From Escherichia coli (GTDB lineage Bacteria; Pseudomonadota; Gammaproteobacteria; Enterobacterales; Enterobacteriaceae), in assembly GCF_036507355.1 (NCBI RefSeq), contig NZ_AP027877.1: DNA of 64,000 nt, one strand, 5' to 3'. A program made the position numbers and the translations under genes. This document shows, one piece after another, positions 9,303 through 18,522 of the stretch. The stretch's first letter is position 1; each line of letters begins with the position of its first letter. Below the pieces are notes generated by a model, which made no database searches, had not been told where the DNA came from, and was given only the letters and a program-made list of their open reading frames with translations.

Positions 9303-10566
9303 TTCGCTTTACCCAGTGAGCGTTAAAGCTGGAAAACCGATCCTTGGAATGCTACCTACAGGATGGCAAAAGTTATCATTAGAAAAGTGCTTAAATATAG
9401 AGGCAAGAAAGGCATATATACAAGATAATCAAGAGTATGACTTAGTTACAGTAAAGCGCTCCAGAGGTGGCGTAATAAGACGTGAGCATCTTAAAGGAAA
9501 AGATATCTCCGTAAAAAGTCAATTCTATATTAAAGAAGGCGACTTTCTCATATCAAAACGACAAATTGTGCACGGTGCTTGCGGTCTTGTACCTAAAGAA
9601 CTTTCTGGCTCAATTGTATCGAATGAATATTGTGTGCTTACAGGGAAGTCCGGTTTTTATCTTCCTTATATGGAATTTCTATCGGAGTCTCTATATTTCC
9701 AGCAAACCTGCTTCCACTCTAGCATTGGTGTGCACATAGAGAAAATGATTTTTAAGTTAGATAGTTGGTTTAAGTGGCCATTTAATATCCCCCCACTGTC
9801 TGAACAAAAGAGAATCGTTAAAATCCTGTCAACCTGGGATAAGGCGATTTCGGTGACGGAAAAGCTTCTCACCAACAGTCAGCAGCAGAAAAAAGCCCTG
9901 ATGCAGCAATTGCTTACCGGGAAAAAACGCTTGCTGGATGAGAGGGGGGTGAGGTTTAGTGGGGAGTGGAAGAGAGTAAAACTGGGTGCGATAGCCGATA
10001 TGAACAGTGGAGGTACTCCGAAATCAACGGTTGAAGAGTATTATGGCGGGAATATCCCATGGGTATCTATTTCTGATATGACATCTAATGGAAAGTGGAT
10101 TGCTACAACTGAAAAATATCTGACTGAATTAGGATTGAACAGTTCATCCGCAAGAATATATCCAAAAAACTCGGTTCTTTATGCTATGTATGCTTCTATA
10201 GGTGAATGCAGCATTGCTGCTGTAAATTTAACATCTTCGCAGGCAATCTTGGGTATTAGACCAAAAGATTGTTTAAATTATGAGTTTTTATATTTCTATC
10301 TTACATCATTAAAAGAAAAAATAAAACTGCAAGGCCAGCAAGGTACACAGTCCAACCTAAACGCCGGAATGGTTAAAGAGTTTGAACTAGACTTACCCAG
10401 TATAAGAGAACAACAAAAAATCGCCGCCGTCCTGTCCGTCGCCGATGCCGAAATCTCCACGCTGGAGAAAAAACTCGCCTGCCTGAGAGATGAGAAAAAA
10501 GCCCTGATGCAACAGCTACTGACTGGCAAACGTCGTGTTAAGGTCGATGAGGCGGTTGCCGAATGA
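9292..10566 (+). CDS. hsdS: Type I R-M specificity subunit HsdS (two target-recognition domains)
   Basis: Two AT-rich variable halves are separated and followed by conserved helical repeats: QQKKALMQQLLTGKKRL and DEKKALMQQLLTGKRRV. Position is between hsdM and hsdR. Confidence 0.9.
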   Translation: MARDSLYPVSVKAGKPILGMLPTGWQKLSLEKCLNIEARKAYIQDNQEYDLVTVKRSRGGVIRREHLKGKDISVKSQFYIKEGDFLISKRQIVHGACGLVPKELSGSIVSNEYCVLTGKSGFYLPYMEFLSESLYFQQTCFHSSIGVHIEKMIFKLDSWFKWPFNIPPLSEQKRIVKILSTWDKAISVTEKLLTNSQQQKKALMQQLLTGKKRLLDERGVRFSGEWKRVKLGAIADMNSGGTPKSTVEEYYGGNIPWVSISDMTSNGKWIATTEKYLTELGLNSSSARIYPKNSVLYAMYASIGECSIAAVNLTSSQAILGIRPKDCLNYEFLYFYLTSLKEKIKLQGQQGTQSNLNAGMVKEFELDLPSIREQQKIAAVLSVADAEISTLEKKLACLRDEKKALMQQLLTGKRRVKVDEAVAE

Positions 10567-11246
10567 AACTGACGAAAAGCGGTCCACTGACTGACCGGGA
10601 AATCGACTGGCTGGAAGAAATATTAATGAAGTATGGAATGGATGATTCTGTACTCTGTTTCTCTGAGCTGGATGGATTGCTGACGGCGATTTTATCAGGT
10701 CCAAATATGGTTTCACCCAATATCTGGCTGAGTGCTATTTGGGGAGGAGGCGATTATCATCCGAAATGGTCATCTGAGAGAGAGATGGAGCGTTTTGTCA
10801 GTCTGTGTTTTCAGCATATGAACGATATCGCTGGTTGCCTTTATGACGCCCCTGAACTGTTTGAGCCGATTTTCAATGAGCGTGAGGTAAAGGGGGAAAA
10901 ATATACCATTGTGGAAGAGTGGTGTTTTGGTTATATGAAAGGAAAGTCACTGGATGACTGGTCTGGTCTTCCCGGTGAGTTACGGCCTTCTCTGGAAGTG
11001 ATCGCTCTTCATGGCGTGGAGAAGAATTTTCCTGTACTTGAGAAAATGACCAGAGAGCAGTTTGAGAAAAGTATTTCCCTTATTAAGCCTGCTGCACTGG
11101 CACTTTATCAGTACTGGTTGTCAGTGAGAATGTCAGAGGCATCATCCCGGCCTGTTCCAGTGAAGGGGGCAGAAAACATGCCCGGGCGAAATGACCCGTG
11201 TCCGTGTGGCAGCGGTAAAAAATTTAAGAAGTGCTGTCTGCATTGA
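10563..11246 (+). CDS. YecA-like (UPF0149) protein with C-terminal SEC-C metal-binding motif, embedded in the type I R-M operon
   Basis: Collinear with chromosomal YecA (20141-20806) along its whole length, with roughly half the residues identical by eye. The C-terminus [20 protein letters not shown] is a SEC-C zinc/iron-binding motif. Its ATG overlaps the hsdS stop (ATGA). Confidence 0.85.
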   Translation: MKLTKSGPLTDREIDWLEEILMKYGMDDSVLCFSELDGLLTAILSGPNMVSPNIWLSAIWGGGDYHPKWSSEREMERFVSLCFQHMNDIAGCLYDAPELFEPIFNEREVKGEKYTIVEEWCFGYMKGKSLDDWSGLPGELRPSLEVIALHGVEKNFPVLEKMTREQFEKSISLIKPAALALYQYWLSVRMSEASSRPVPVKGAENMPGRNDPCPCGSGKKFKKCCLH

Positions 11247-11295
11247 TGAATCTTCATGTGACCAGTAGCGAGTAGCGCCAGAAAGAAAAGGATTA

Positions 11296-14200
11296 ATGAT
11301 GAACCAGACGTACACGCCTAAATTCCAGGAAGAATACAGCGCCAAAATTCCGGCACTGACGTTACTGACCAGCCTCGGCTGGACGTTTTTATCTCCGAAA
11401 CAGATTATGGATTACCGGGGCTATAAACAGGATGAGGTGGTGCTGCGTCCGGTTCTGCGTGAAGAGCTGTCGAAGCGTTCCTTTATGGCGGGTGGCAAAA
11501 CCTGCCAGTTATCGGAAAAAGCACTGGATAACCTGATATCACAGGTCTGTTCTCCGGCGCTGAATGAAGGGCTGCTCAAAGCCAATGAACGGATGTATAA
11601 CCATCTGCTCTACGGTATCGCCGTCACGGAGTTTGTCGATGGCAAGAAGGTGAACCCCACCATTGCGCTGATCGACTGGGAACATCCGGAAAGTAACCAG
11701 TTCCATTTTACCGAAGAATTTACGGTATTGCGGTCAGGCGGTGTCGAAACCCGCAGGCCGGATATTGTGTGTTTTGTGAATGGTATCCCGCTGGCCGTCA
11801 TTGAAGCGAAAAGCCCGGCGGGTCACGGCAAGAAAGGGCCAACCATTGACGAAGGGATATCCCAGAGTATCCGCAATCAGCTCAACGACGAAATCCCGCA
11901 GCTGTTTGCTTACAGCCAGATATTACTGTCGATTAACGGGCATGACGGGCGCTACGGTACCTGTCATACACCAATGAAATTCTGGGCGGCATGGCGCGAA
12001 GAAGATATTACTTACGCGCAGATGTATGCGCTGCGCAACCATAAGTTATCGACTGAACAAATTCATGCGTTGTTTGATGATCGTCCTTCAGTCGATCTCA
12101 AATGGTATCAACAGTTAATCGATGGGGGGGAACTGGCAGTCAGCGGGCAGGATAAGCTGCTCATCAGTCTGCTTTCACCGGAACGTCTGCTGGAGATGAC
12201 CCGCTTCTTCACCCTGTTTGATAAAAAAACCGGAAAAATTGTTGCCCGCTATCAGCAGGTGTTCGGTATTAAAAGACTGCTGGAACGCATCAGTACCCGC
12301 AGACCAGACGGGGGCAGGGAAGGTGGGGTGATCTGGCATACCACGGGGTCAGGTAAATCTTACACCATGGTATTCCTCAGCAAGGCGCTGATTCTTCATG
12401 ACAGCCTGAAGCAGTGTCGTATTGTGGTGGTGACGGACCGCGTGGACCTTGAAGGGCAGCTCAGCGGCACTTTTGTCTCTGGTGGCGAACTGGCAGGGAA
12501 GGATGATAAGGCCAAAGCGATGGCAACCTCAGGTCAGAAGCTGGCACAGCAGATTGGCTCTGGTAAAGAACGTATAATCTTTACCCTTATCCAGAAATTT
12601 AACTCAGCGACAAAATTGCCTGAATGCGTCAACACCAGCCCCGACATCATCGTTCTGATTGATGAAGGACACCGTAGCCAGGGTGGTGAGAACCATGTGC
12701 GAATGAAACTGGCACTGCCGAACGCCGCCTTTGTGGCATTTACTGGTACGCCATTGCTAAAAGAAGATAAGACCACCAATAAATTCGGGCCGATTGTCCA
12801 CGCTTATACCATGCAGCGAGCGGTAGAAGATAAAGCCGTTACACCTTTGCTGTATGAAGAACGTATTCCCGACCTTGAGGTTAACGATCGGGCAATAGAT
12901 GCCTGGTTTGATCGTATTACCGATGGGTTAAGCGAAGCGCAAAAAGCCGACCTTAAGCGTAAATATGCCCGTAAAGGTGAGGTTTATAGTGCAGATGATC
13001 GCATCCGTCTGATCGCACTCGATATCGCCACGCACTTCTCGAAGAATATTGATGAGGGGCTGAAAGGCCAGCTTGCCTGCGACAGCAAGATTTCCGCCAT
13101 CAAATATAAAAAGTATCTTGATGAAGCCGGGTTGTTTGAGTCAGCAGTAGTTATCAGCCCGCCGGATACCCGGGAAGGGAATACCGAAGTGGATGAAAGC
13201 AAACTGCCGGAAGTGACGAAATGGTGGAAGGATAATGTCGGCACGCAGGATGAGTCTGTGTATACCCGTAATATCATCAGTCGTTTCGATACCGATGAGA
13301 AGCTCAAATTGCTGATAGTCGTTGATAAACTGCTCACCGGGTTTGATGAGCCGAAGAATACCGTGCTGTATATCGACAAGCCGCTTAAGTCCCACAACCT
13401 TATCCAGGCGATTGCGCGGGTGAACCGACTGCATCCACTAAAAAAGTTCGGTCTGCTGATTGATTATCGCGGTATTCTGGCTGAGCTGGACACGACTATC
13501 GGCAAATATCAGGACCTCGCCTCCCGAACTCAGGGCGGATACGATATCAAAGATATTGACGGGCTGTACAGCGCCATGAGCTCTGAATACAAGCGCCTGC
13601 CGCATCTGTATAACCAGCTGTGGGCCATATTTGCCGGTGTTAAAAACAAAAATGATACTGAGCAGTTACGTGCGGTACTGGTGCCTAAAATGGAAGAACG
13701 TGACGGAGAGATGGTCGATATCCATCAGAAAACCCGTGATGATTTCTTCGAGGCGTTAACGGCCTTTGCCGGATGCCTGAAAGTGGCACTGCAGTCCGCT
13801 ACCTTCTTCACCGACAAGAGCTTTACGGAACAAGACCGAAATCTCTATAAAGAAACCGTAAAACAGATGTCCAGCCTGCGCCAGTGGGCGATGCAGGTAA
13901 GTGGAGAGCAGGTCAATTATGACGACTACGCTGAGCAGGTGAAAAAACTGCTGGATAAGCATGTCACCGGCGTTGAGGTTCGTGAACCGGATGGCGTGTA
14001 TGAAGTCGGTAAAATGGGCAAGAGCGAAAAGCCCGAAGAGTGGGACAACAATAAAACCCGCAATGAAACCGACATCATTAAAACCCGCGTGACGAAGATG
14101 ATTGAGCAGGAATTGCGTGATGACCCGTATGCTCAGGAGGCATTTTCAAAACTCCTGCGTATGGCTATCGAAGAGGCTGAAAAACTGTTTGACCATCCGC

Positions 14201-14583
14201 TGAAACAGTACCTTTTGTTCCGTGAATTTGAAGAACAGGTTGAAGCCCGTAAGCTCAGCGATATCCCGGATGCACTGGCGGTAAACAAGCATGCTCAGGC
14301 GTATTACGGTGTATTTAAAAAAGAGCTACCTGAGGTTTTTGCGGTAAACGACGTTCAGGTGCAGGATAAGTGGACCAAGCTGGCTTTTGAAGTGGACAAC
14401 ATTATCGTCAAAGCGGTGGCAGAAAACTCCCTGAACCCCCAGGACATTGAGAAAGTCGTTAAGACAAGTCTGCTACCACTGCTGTTTACGGCCTGCCGGG
14501 AAATTGGTGCCGGAATGAATCAGGTTAACCGTATTGTGGAAACCATCATCCAGATACTGCGCGTTGGTTTGATGAAATCATGA
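11296..14583 (+). CDS. hsdR: Type I R-M restriction/translocase subunit HsdR (1095 aa)
   Basis: N-terminal PD-(D/E)xK nuclease motif (RPDIVCFVNGIPLAVIEAKSP). SF2 helicase motif I is TTGSGKSYT and motif II is VLIDEGHRSQ. Operon context with hsdM/hsdS. Confidence 0.95.
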   Translation: MMNQTYTPKFQEEYSAKIPALTLLTSLGWTFLSPKQIMDYRGYKQDEVVLRPVLREELSKRSFMAGGKTCQLSEKALDNLISQVCSPALNEGLLKANERMYNHLLYGIAVTEFVDGKKVNPTIALIDWEHPESNQFHFTEEFTVLRSGGVETRRPDIVCFVNGIPLAVIEAKSPAGHGKKGPTIDEGISQSIRNQLNDEIPQLFAYSQILLSINGHDGRYGTCHTPMKFWAAWREEDITYAQMYALRNHKLSTEQIHALFDDRPSVDLKWYQQLIDGGELAVSGQDKLLISLLSPERLLEMTRFFTLFDKKTGKIVARYQQVFGIKRLLERISTRRPDGGREGGVIWHTTGSGKSYTMVFLSKALILHDSLKQCRIVVVTDRVDLEGQLSGTFVSGGELAGKDDKAKAMATSGQKLAQQIGSGKERIIFTLIQKFNSATKLPECVNTSPDIIVLIDEGHRSQGGENHVRMKLALPNAAFVAFTGTPLLKEDKTTNKFGPIVHAYTMQRAVEDKAVTPLLYEERIPDLEVNDRAIDAWFDRITDGLSEAQKADLKRKYARKGEVYSADDRIRLIALDIATHFSKNIDEGLKGQLACDSKISAIKYKKYLDEAGLFESAVVISPPDTREGNTEVDESKLPEVTKWWKDNVGTQDESVYTRNIISRFDTDEKLKLLIVVDKLLTGFDEPKNTVLYIDKPLKSHNLIQAIARVNRLHPLKKFGLLIDYRGILAELDTTIGKYQDLASRTQGGYDIKDIDGLYSAMSSEYKRLPHLYNQLWAIFAGVKNKNDTEQLRAVLVPKMEERDGEMVDIHQKTRDDFFEALTAFAGCLKVALQSATFFTDKSFTEQDRNLYKETVKQMSSLRQWAMQVSGEQVNYDDYAEQVKKLLDKHVTGVEVREPDGVYEVGKMGKSEKPEEWDNNKTRNETDIIKTRVTKMIEQELRDDPYAQEAFSKLLRMAIEEAEKLFDHPLKQYLLFREFEEQVEARKLSDIPDALAVNKHAQAYYGVFKKELPEVFAVNDVQVQDKWTKLAFEVDNIIVKAVAENSLNPQDIEKVVKTSLLPLLFTACREIGAGMNQVNRIVETIIQILRVGLMKS

Positions 14584-15335
14584 GTGAAAAAGAATCGCCA
14601 TCAATGAAAGCGTTACGCATTGTCTATGGTGATGATGTCATCACCGTACAGTGTGTTCCGCGTCAGGTCGTAAAGGGCAGGGTGCTCATCAAGGTTTATC
14701 CGGACTGCCGGGTTGTGGCCTCTGTACCGCCTGAAACACCGGAGCACGAGGTATTGTCTGCGCTGAAAAAAAGAGGGCGCTGGATATACCAGCAACTGCG
14801 TGATTTCAGGGAGCAACAGACACACATTGTTCCGCGTCAGTATGTCAGCGGAGAAAGCCATTATTATCTCGGTAAGCAATATCAGTTGAAAGTGACAGAA
14901 GACGCTACTGTGCCGCAACGAGTGAAAATGTTGCGTGGGCGTCTGGAAGTGACTGTCAGACACAAATCGGCAGAAAAGATTAAAGCCTTGCTGGCTGAAT
15001 GGTATCGGGAACGTGCCAGAGATGTTTTTCAGCGCAGGCTTGATTTACTGATTCCGCAGACCCTTTGGGTCAGTGAGCGTCCTCCGATACGTCTGCGGGC
15101 GATGCAAACGCAATGGGGCAACTGTTCAGCAAAAGGCTGTCTGACCCTGAATCCATGGCTGGTTAAGGCATCCTCAGAATGTATCGATTATGTTTTGCTA
15201 CATGAGTTATGCCATGTGGCTGAGCACAACCACAGCGAGGAGTTTTACCGTCTGATGGGGCAGGTTATGCCTGGGTGGGAAAAGGTCAAGAAACGACTGG
15301 ATGGGATGGCTGGGATGTTGTTGGCTGATATGTAA
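14580..15335 (+). CDS. M48/DUF45 (YgjP-like) zinc metallopeptidase coupled to hsdR
   Basis: HExxH motif in YVLLHELCHVAEHNHSEEFY, followed by a WxxxK tail typical of DUF45. The ATG overlaps the hsdR stop (ATGA). Confidence 0.85.
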   Translation: MSEKESPSMKALRIVYGDDVITVQCVPRQVVKGRVLIKVYPDCRVVASVPPETPEHEVLSALKKRGRWIYQQLRDFREQQTHIVPRQYVSGESHYYLGKQYQLKVTEDATVPQRVKMLRGRLEVTVRHKSAEKIKALLAEWYRERARDVFQRRLDLLIPQTLWVSERPPIRLRAMQTQWGNCSAKGCLTLNPWLVKASSECIDYVLLHELCHVAEHNHSEEFYRLMGQVMPGWEKVKKRLDGMAGMLLADM

Positions 15336-15393
15336 CTTATCAATATGAGTTCTTAAGGGTTTGGTCAGTCTCGTTAATGTAGGGAGTATAATA

Positions 15394-17232
15394 ATGAGTA
15401 AGTTAGATAATAAAATTGAAGCACGCCATCGTAATTTGTTTGATGTTCTAAATGCGCAAAAATATACCGTTGATTACTTTCAGCGCGAGTATAGCTGGGG
15501 TGAGAAACATATTGAAGAGTTGGTTACAGACTTAACATCTGCGTTTCTCAATGAATACACCGTCGGTGATTCTCGGGAGCAGGGTGAAAACTACAATAAT
15601 TATTACTTAGGACCATTTGTTGTGAGTAGTAAAGATGGGAAACGGAGTATTATTGATGGTCAGCAACGACTGACTTCATTAACTTTATTTCTAATTTACC
15701 TCCATAACCTTCAGAAAGAACTTAAATATGAAGAGAAAATAGAATCAATGATTTTCTCCGAGTTACGTGGCAGCAAATCATTCAATATAGTAGTTGAAGA
15801 CAGAATACCTTGCATGGAAGCATTGTTTAATTTTGGTAGCTATAGTTTAGTTGATGGGGATGATGAGTCAACCCATAACATGGTGGAGAGATATCAGAAT
15901 ATCACAGATGCTTTTCCTGATGAATTAAAAGGTCAGGCTTTTCCTTTTTTTATCGACTGGCTTAAGTATAACGTTATTATGGTTGAGATAGTTGCCTATT
16001 CAGATGAAAACGCATATACCATCTTTGAGACTATGAATGACCGAGGATTAAATCTTACTCCGTCCGAAATGCTTAAAGGTTTTTTACTTTCACGCTTTCA
16101 TCAGGGAGATAAACGCCAAAAGGTAAATGAACTCTGGAAAAAAGCGATGATGGATTTAAAAAACTATGATAAAGATGAAGACCAACGTTTTTTCCAGTCA
16201 TGGTTGCGTGCTCAATATGCTGATACAATACGCCCGGGTAAAGCTGGTTCAAAAAATGAAGACTTTGAAAAAATAGGTACGCGTTTTCATAGCTGGGTTA
16301 GAGATAATCTTCAGGCGGTGGGATTGGACCCAGATAATGGTGAGACATTCGAACGATTTATACAAAAAAACTTTTTGTTTTATTTGAATGCCTATACACA
16401 AATACTGAATGCTGAGAGAGCATTAACGCACCAACTGGAATATGTATTTTATATCCACCATTGGGGTATTGCACCTACTTTAAGTTTCCCTTTGATGTTG
16501 GCTCCATTAAATGTAGGTGACAGTCCTGATGCTGTGATAGCCAAAATAAACCTGGTGGCGCGCTATATTGAAACATTTGTTGTTCGTCGTTCTGTTAATT
16601 TCCGAAAATTCTCTGCCAGTTCTATTCGTTACACAATGTACAGTCTTGTTAAAGAAATTCGTGGTAAAAGTATTGAAGAATTAAAAGATTTGTTATCTAA
16701 GAAGTTATCCGAAATGCCAGATACTTTTGCAGGAATGGAAGAGTTTCGTCTCCATGGTCAAAACTATCGTTTTGTGAAGTTTTTGCTTTCTCGTATAACT
16801 GCGTGGGTTGAGCAGCAAGCCGGAATGAGTACAACCTTCATTACATATTATCAGCCAGAACACGGTAAGCCATTTGAAGTCGAGCATATTTGGGCCGATA
16901 AATATGAACGTTACTCTGATGAGTTTGAACAAGAGCACGAATTTAACAATTACAGAAATCGCTTAGGTGATTTGGTTTTATTACCTAGAGGCTCAAACCA
17001 GTCATATGGTGATTTGTGTTACGATCAAAAGCAACCTCATTACATCAAAGAGAATCTCCTGGCTAAATCGTTATGCCCATTGGCATATATGAATAACCCT
17101 AATTTCAATCAGTTGAGAAATGTATTCGGATTGCCTTTCAAACCACATGATTCATTTAAAAAACAAGATGTCGATGAACGACAGTCTTTGTATAAAATAA
17201 TTTGTGAGAATATTTGGGACCATAATTTATAG
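15394..17232 (+). CDS. DUF262/DUF1524 two-domain nuclease, GmrSD-like type IV restriction enzyme
   Basis: The N-terminal DUF262 signature IIDGQQRLTSL is present. The C-terminal His-Me finger-like part reads FEVEHIWADK ... NRLGDLVLLPRGSNQSYGD. I chose ATG 15394 (SD AGGGAG 8 nt upstream) over the TTG at 15361 used in the ORF track. Confidence 0.85.
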   Translation: MSKLDNKIEARHRNLFDVLNAQKYTVDYFQREYSWGEKHIEELVTDLTSAFLNEYTVGDSREQGENYNNYYLGPFVVSSKDGKRSIIDGQQRLTSLTLFLIYLHNLQKELKYEEKIESMIFSELRGSKSFNIVVEDRIPCMEALFNFGSYSLVDGDDESTHNMVERYQNITDAFPDELKGQAFPFFIDWLKYNVIMVEIVAYSDENAYTIFETMNDRGLNLTPSEMLKGFLLSRFHQGDKRQKVNELWKKAMMDLKNYDKDEDQRFFQSWLRAQYADTIRPGKAGSKNEDFEKIGTRFHSWVRDNLQAVGLDPDNGETFERFIQKNFLFYLNAYTQILNAERALTHQLEYVFYIHHWGIAPTLSFPLMLAPLNVGDSPDAVIAKINLVARYIETFVVRRSVNFRKFSASSIRYTMYSLVKEIRGKSIEELKDLLSKKLSEMPDTFAGMEEFRLHGQNYRFVKFLLSRITAWVEQQAGMSTTFITYYQPEHGKPFEVEHIWADKYERYSDEFEQEHEFNNYRNRLGDLVLLPRGSNQSYGDLCYDQKQPHYIKENLLAKSLCPLAYMNNPNFNQLRNVFGLPFKPHDSFKKQDVDERQSLYKIICENIWDHNL

Positions 17233-17290
17233 CAAAGTTAGGGTGTTAATTAATCTGTAATGGCATCATGATTTTTAAAAGGAGGTTGAA

Positions 17291-18418
17291 TTGCGTTCTG
17301 AAACGTTTTTTGTCAAATTTATTGAACAACTGAAAGGTATTTCGGTTGAGGATGATGTTGAATTCAATTTTTTTGAATTGGGTGGTTCCGGATATCTCGA
17401 AAATCCAACTACGGATTTGATGGCTTTGTTTATGGGAGCCCAGAAAATGGTGCCGCCATGGTTGCTCAAAGCATTGCTATGTTGCCTGGATGATTCCCTC
17501 GATGTTGATGAAATTGATTTCACTTCTCTGGAGCTAATGAGAGAGGCCCGAACAGAAGATGGGAAATATATTGATATTCTTATCAGACATGATGAATTCA
17601 TTATAGGTATTGAGCATAAAGTTCTGGCTGATACATATAATCCTTTTCCCAGCTATGTAAGTCTCATTGATAGTTACGGCGGCAACAATCAAAAACTATT
17701 TCGCTGTATATTAAAGCCTGACGGTAACAGCGCTAAAGGCGTAGACGGTTGGCAACTGATCAATTATTCACTGCTGCTGGAAACCGCCATTCGACGTCTG
17801 GGGTTGGAGATGATGAATCAAGAGTTCAGCAAGTGGACTGTTTTTTATCAGGAGTTTTTAAGTCATCTTAAAAAATTGAGTGAGGTTAGTATGGATAAGG
17901 TATCTGATAAAAATGTGGAGTTTGTCACTGAAAATTTCTCAGCTTTGATAAAATCGGTTCAACTGCTGGAAATGTACCAAAATGCTATCACCGAGGAAGC
18001 TAAATCGGTTGTCTCAGAGGTATTGCCTGATATTCATATTGCAACAGGTATTAATAACTGGAAGGGTTACTATAAAGCAATTCATCTGATGCCGGGATGC
18101 TGGGGGCAAGGTAAAACAGGAATTACGTTAGTTTATCGCCCTTCAGAGGATGGACGAGATGAAGCTGAGTTCTACGTATATGGATGGATACATTCAGATG
18201 ATTACCCTGAAGTTAATGCACTAAAAGAAGAAATAAGAGTTGCTTTAAGTGCTGGAGATTTCATTCCAACAGCTAGCCCTGAGGACTATGAAGTATCAAT
18301 TACTGGGAAGGGGAAAGTGCTTGAACTGAGTTTTTGGGGGAATACGAGAAGCAAAAAAGATGCACTGGTTCTTCTTAAGGATATGACTAAGTGGATGGAC
18401 TCAAAAATAAGAACATAA
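17291..18418 (+). CDS. PD-(D/E)xK nuclease superfamily protein (PDDEXK_4-like), 375 aa
   Basis: The N-terminal FNFFELGGSGYLENPTTDLMALF pattern is followed by EDGKYIDILIRHDEFIIGIEHKV (D ... E-x-K core). TTG start with a strong SD (AAGGAGG, 5 nt spacing). Confidence 0.65.
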   Translation: MRSETFFVKFIEQLKGISVEDDVEFNFFELGGSGYLENPTTDLMALFMGAQKMVPPWLLKALLCCLDDSLDVDEIDFTSLELMREARTEDGKYIDILIRHDEFIIGIEHKVLADTYNPFPSYVSLIDSYGGNNQKLFRCILKPDGNSAKGVDGWQLINYSLLLETAIRRLGLEMMNQEFSKWTVFYQEFLSHLKKLSEVSMDKVSDKNVEFVTENFSALIKSVQLLEMYQNAITEEAKSVVSEVLPDIHIATGINNWKGYYKAIHLMPGCWGQGKTGITLVYRPSEDGRDEAEFYVYGWIHSDDYPEVNALKEEIRVALSAGDFIPTASPEDYEVSITGKGKVLELSFWGNTRSKKDALVLLKDMTKWMDSKIRT

Positions 18419-18522
18419 AGTAATATGACTGAGTGATGACGATCTTTTTTAAATTGTGGATTATTAGGCTGGTAATTGAAGCGCCGAATAGACAGATATT
18501 GGAATAAAAGGAGAATATTCAA

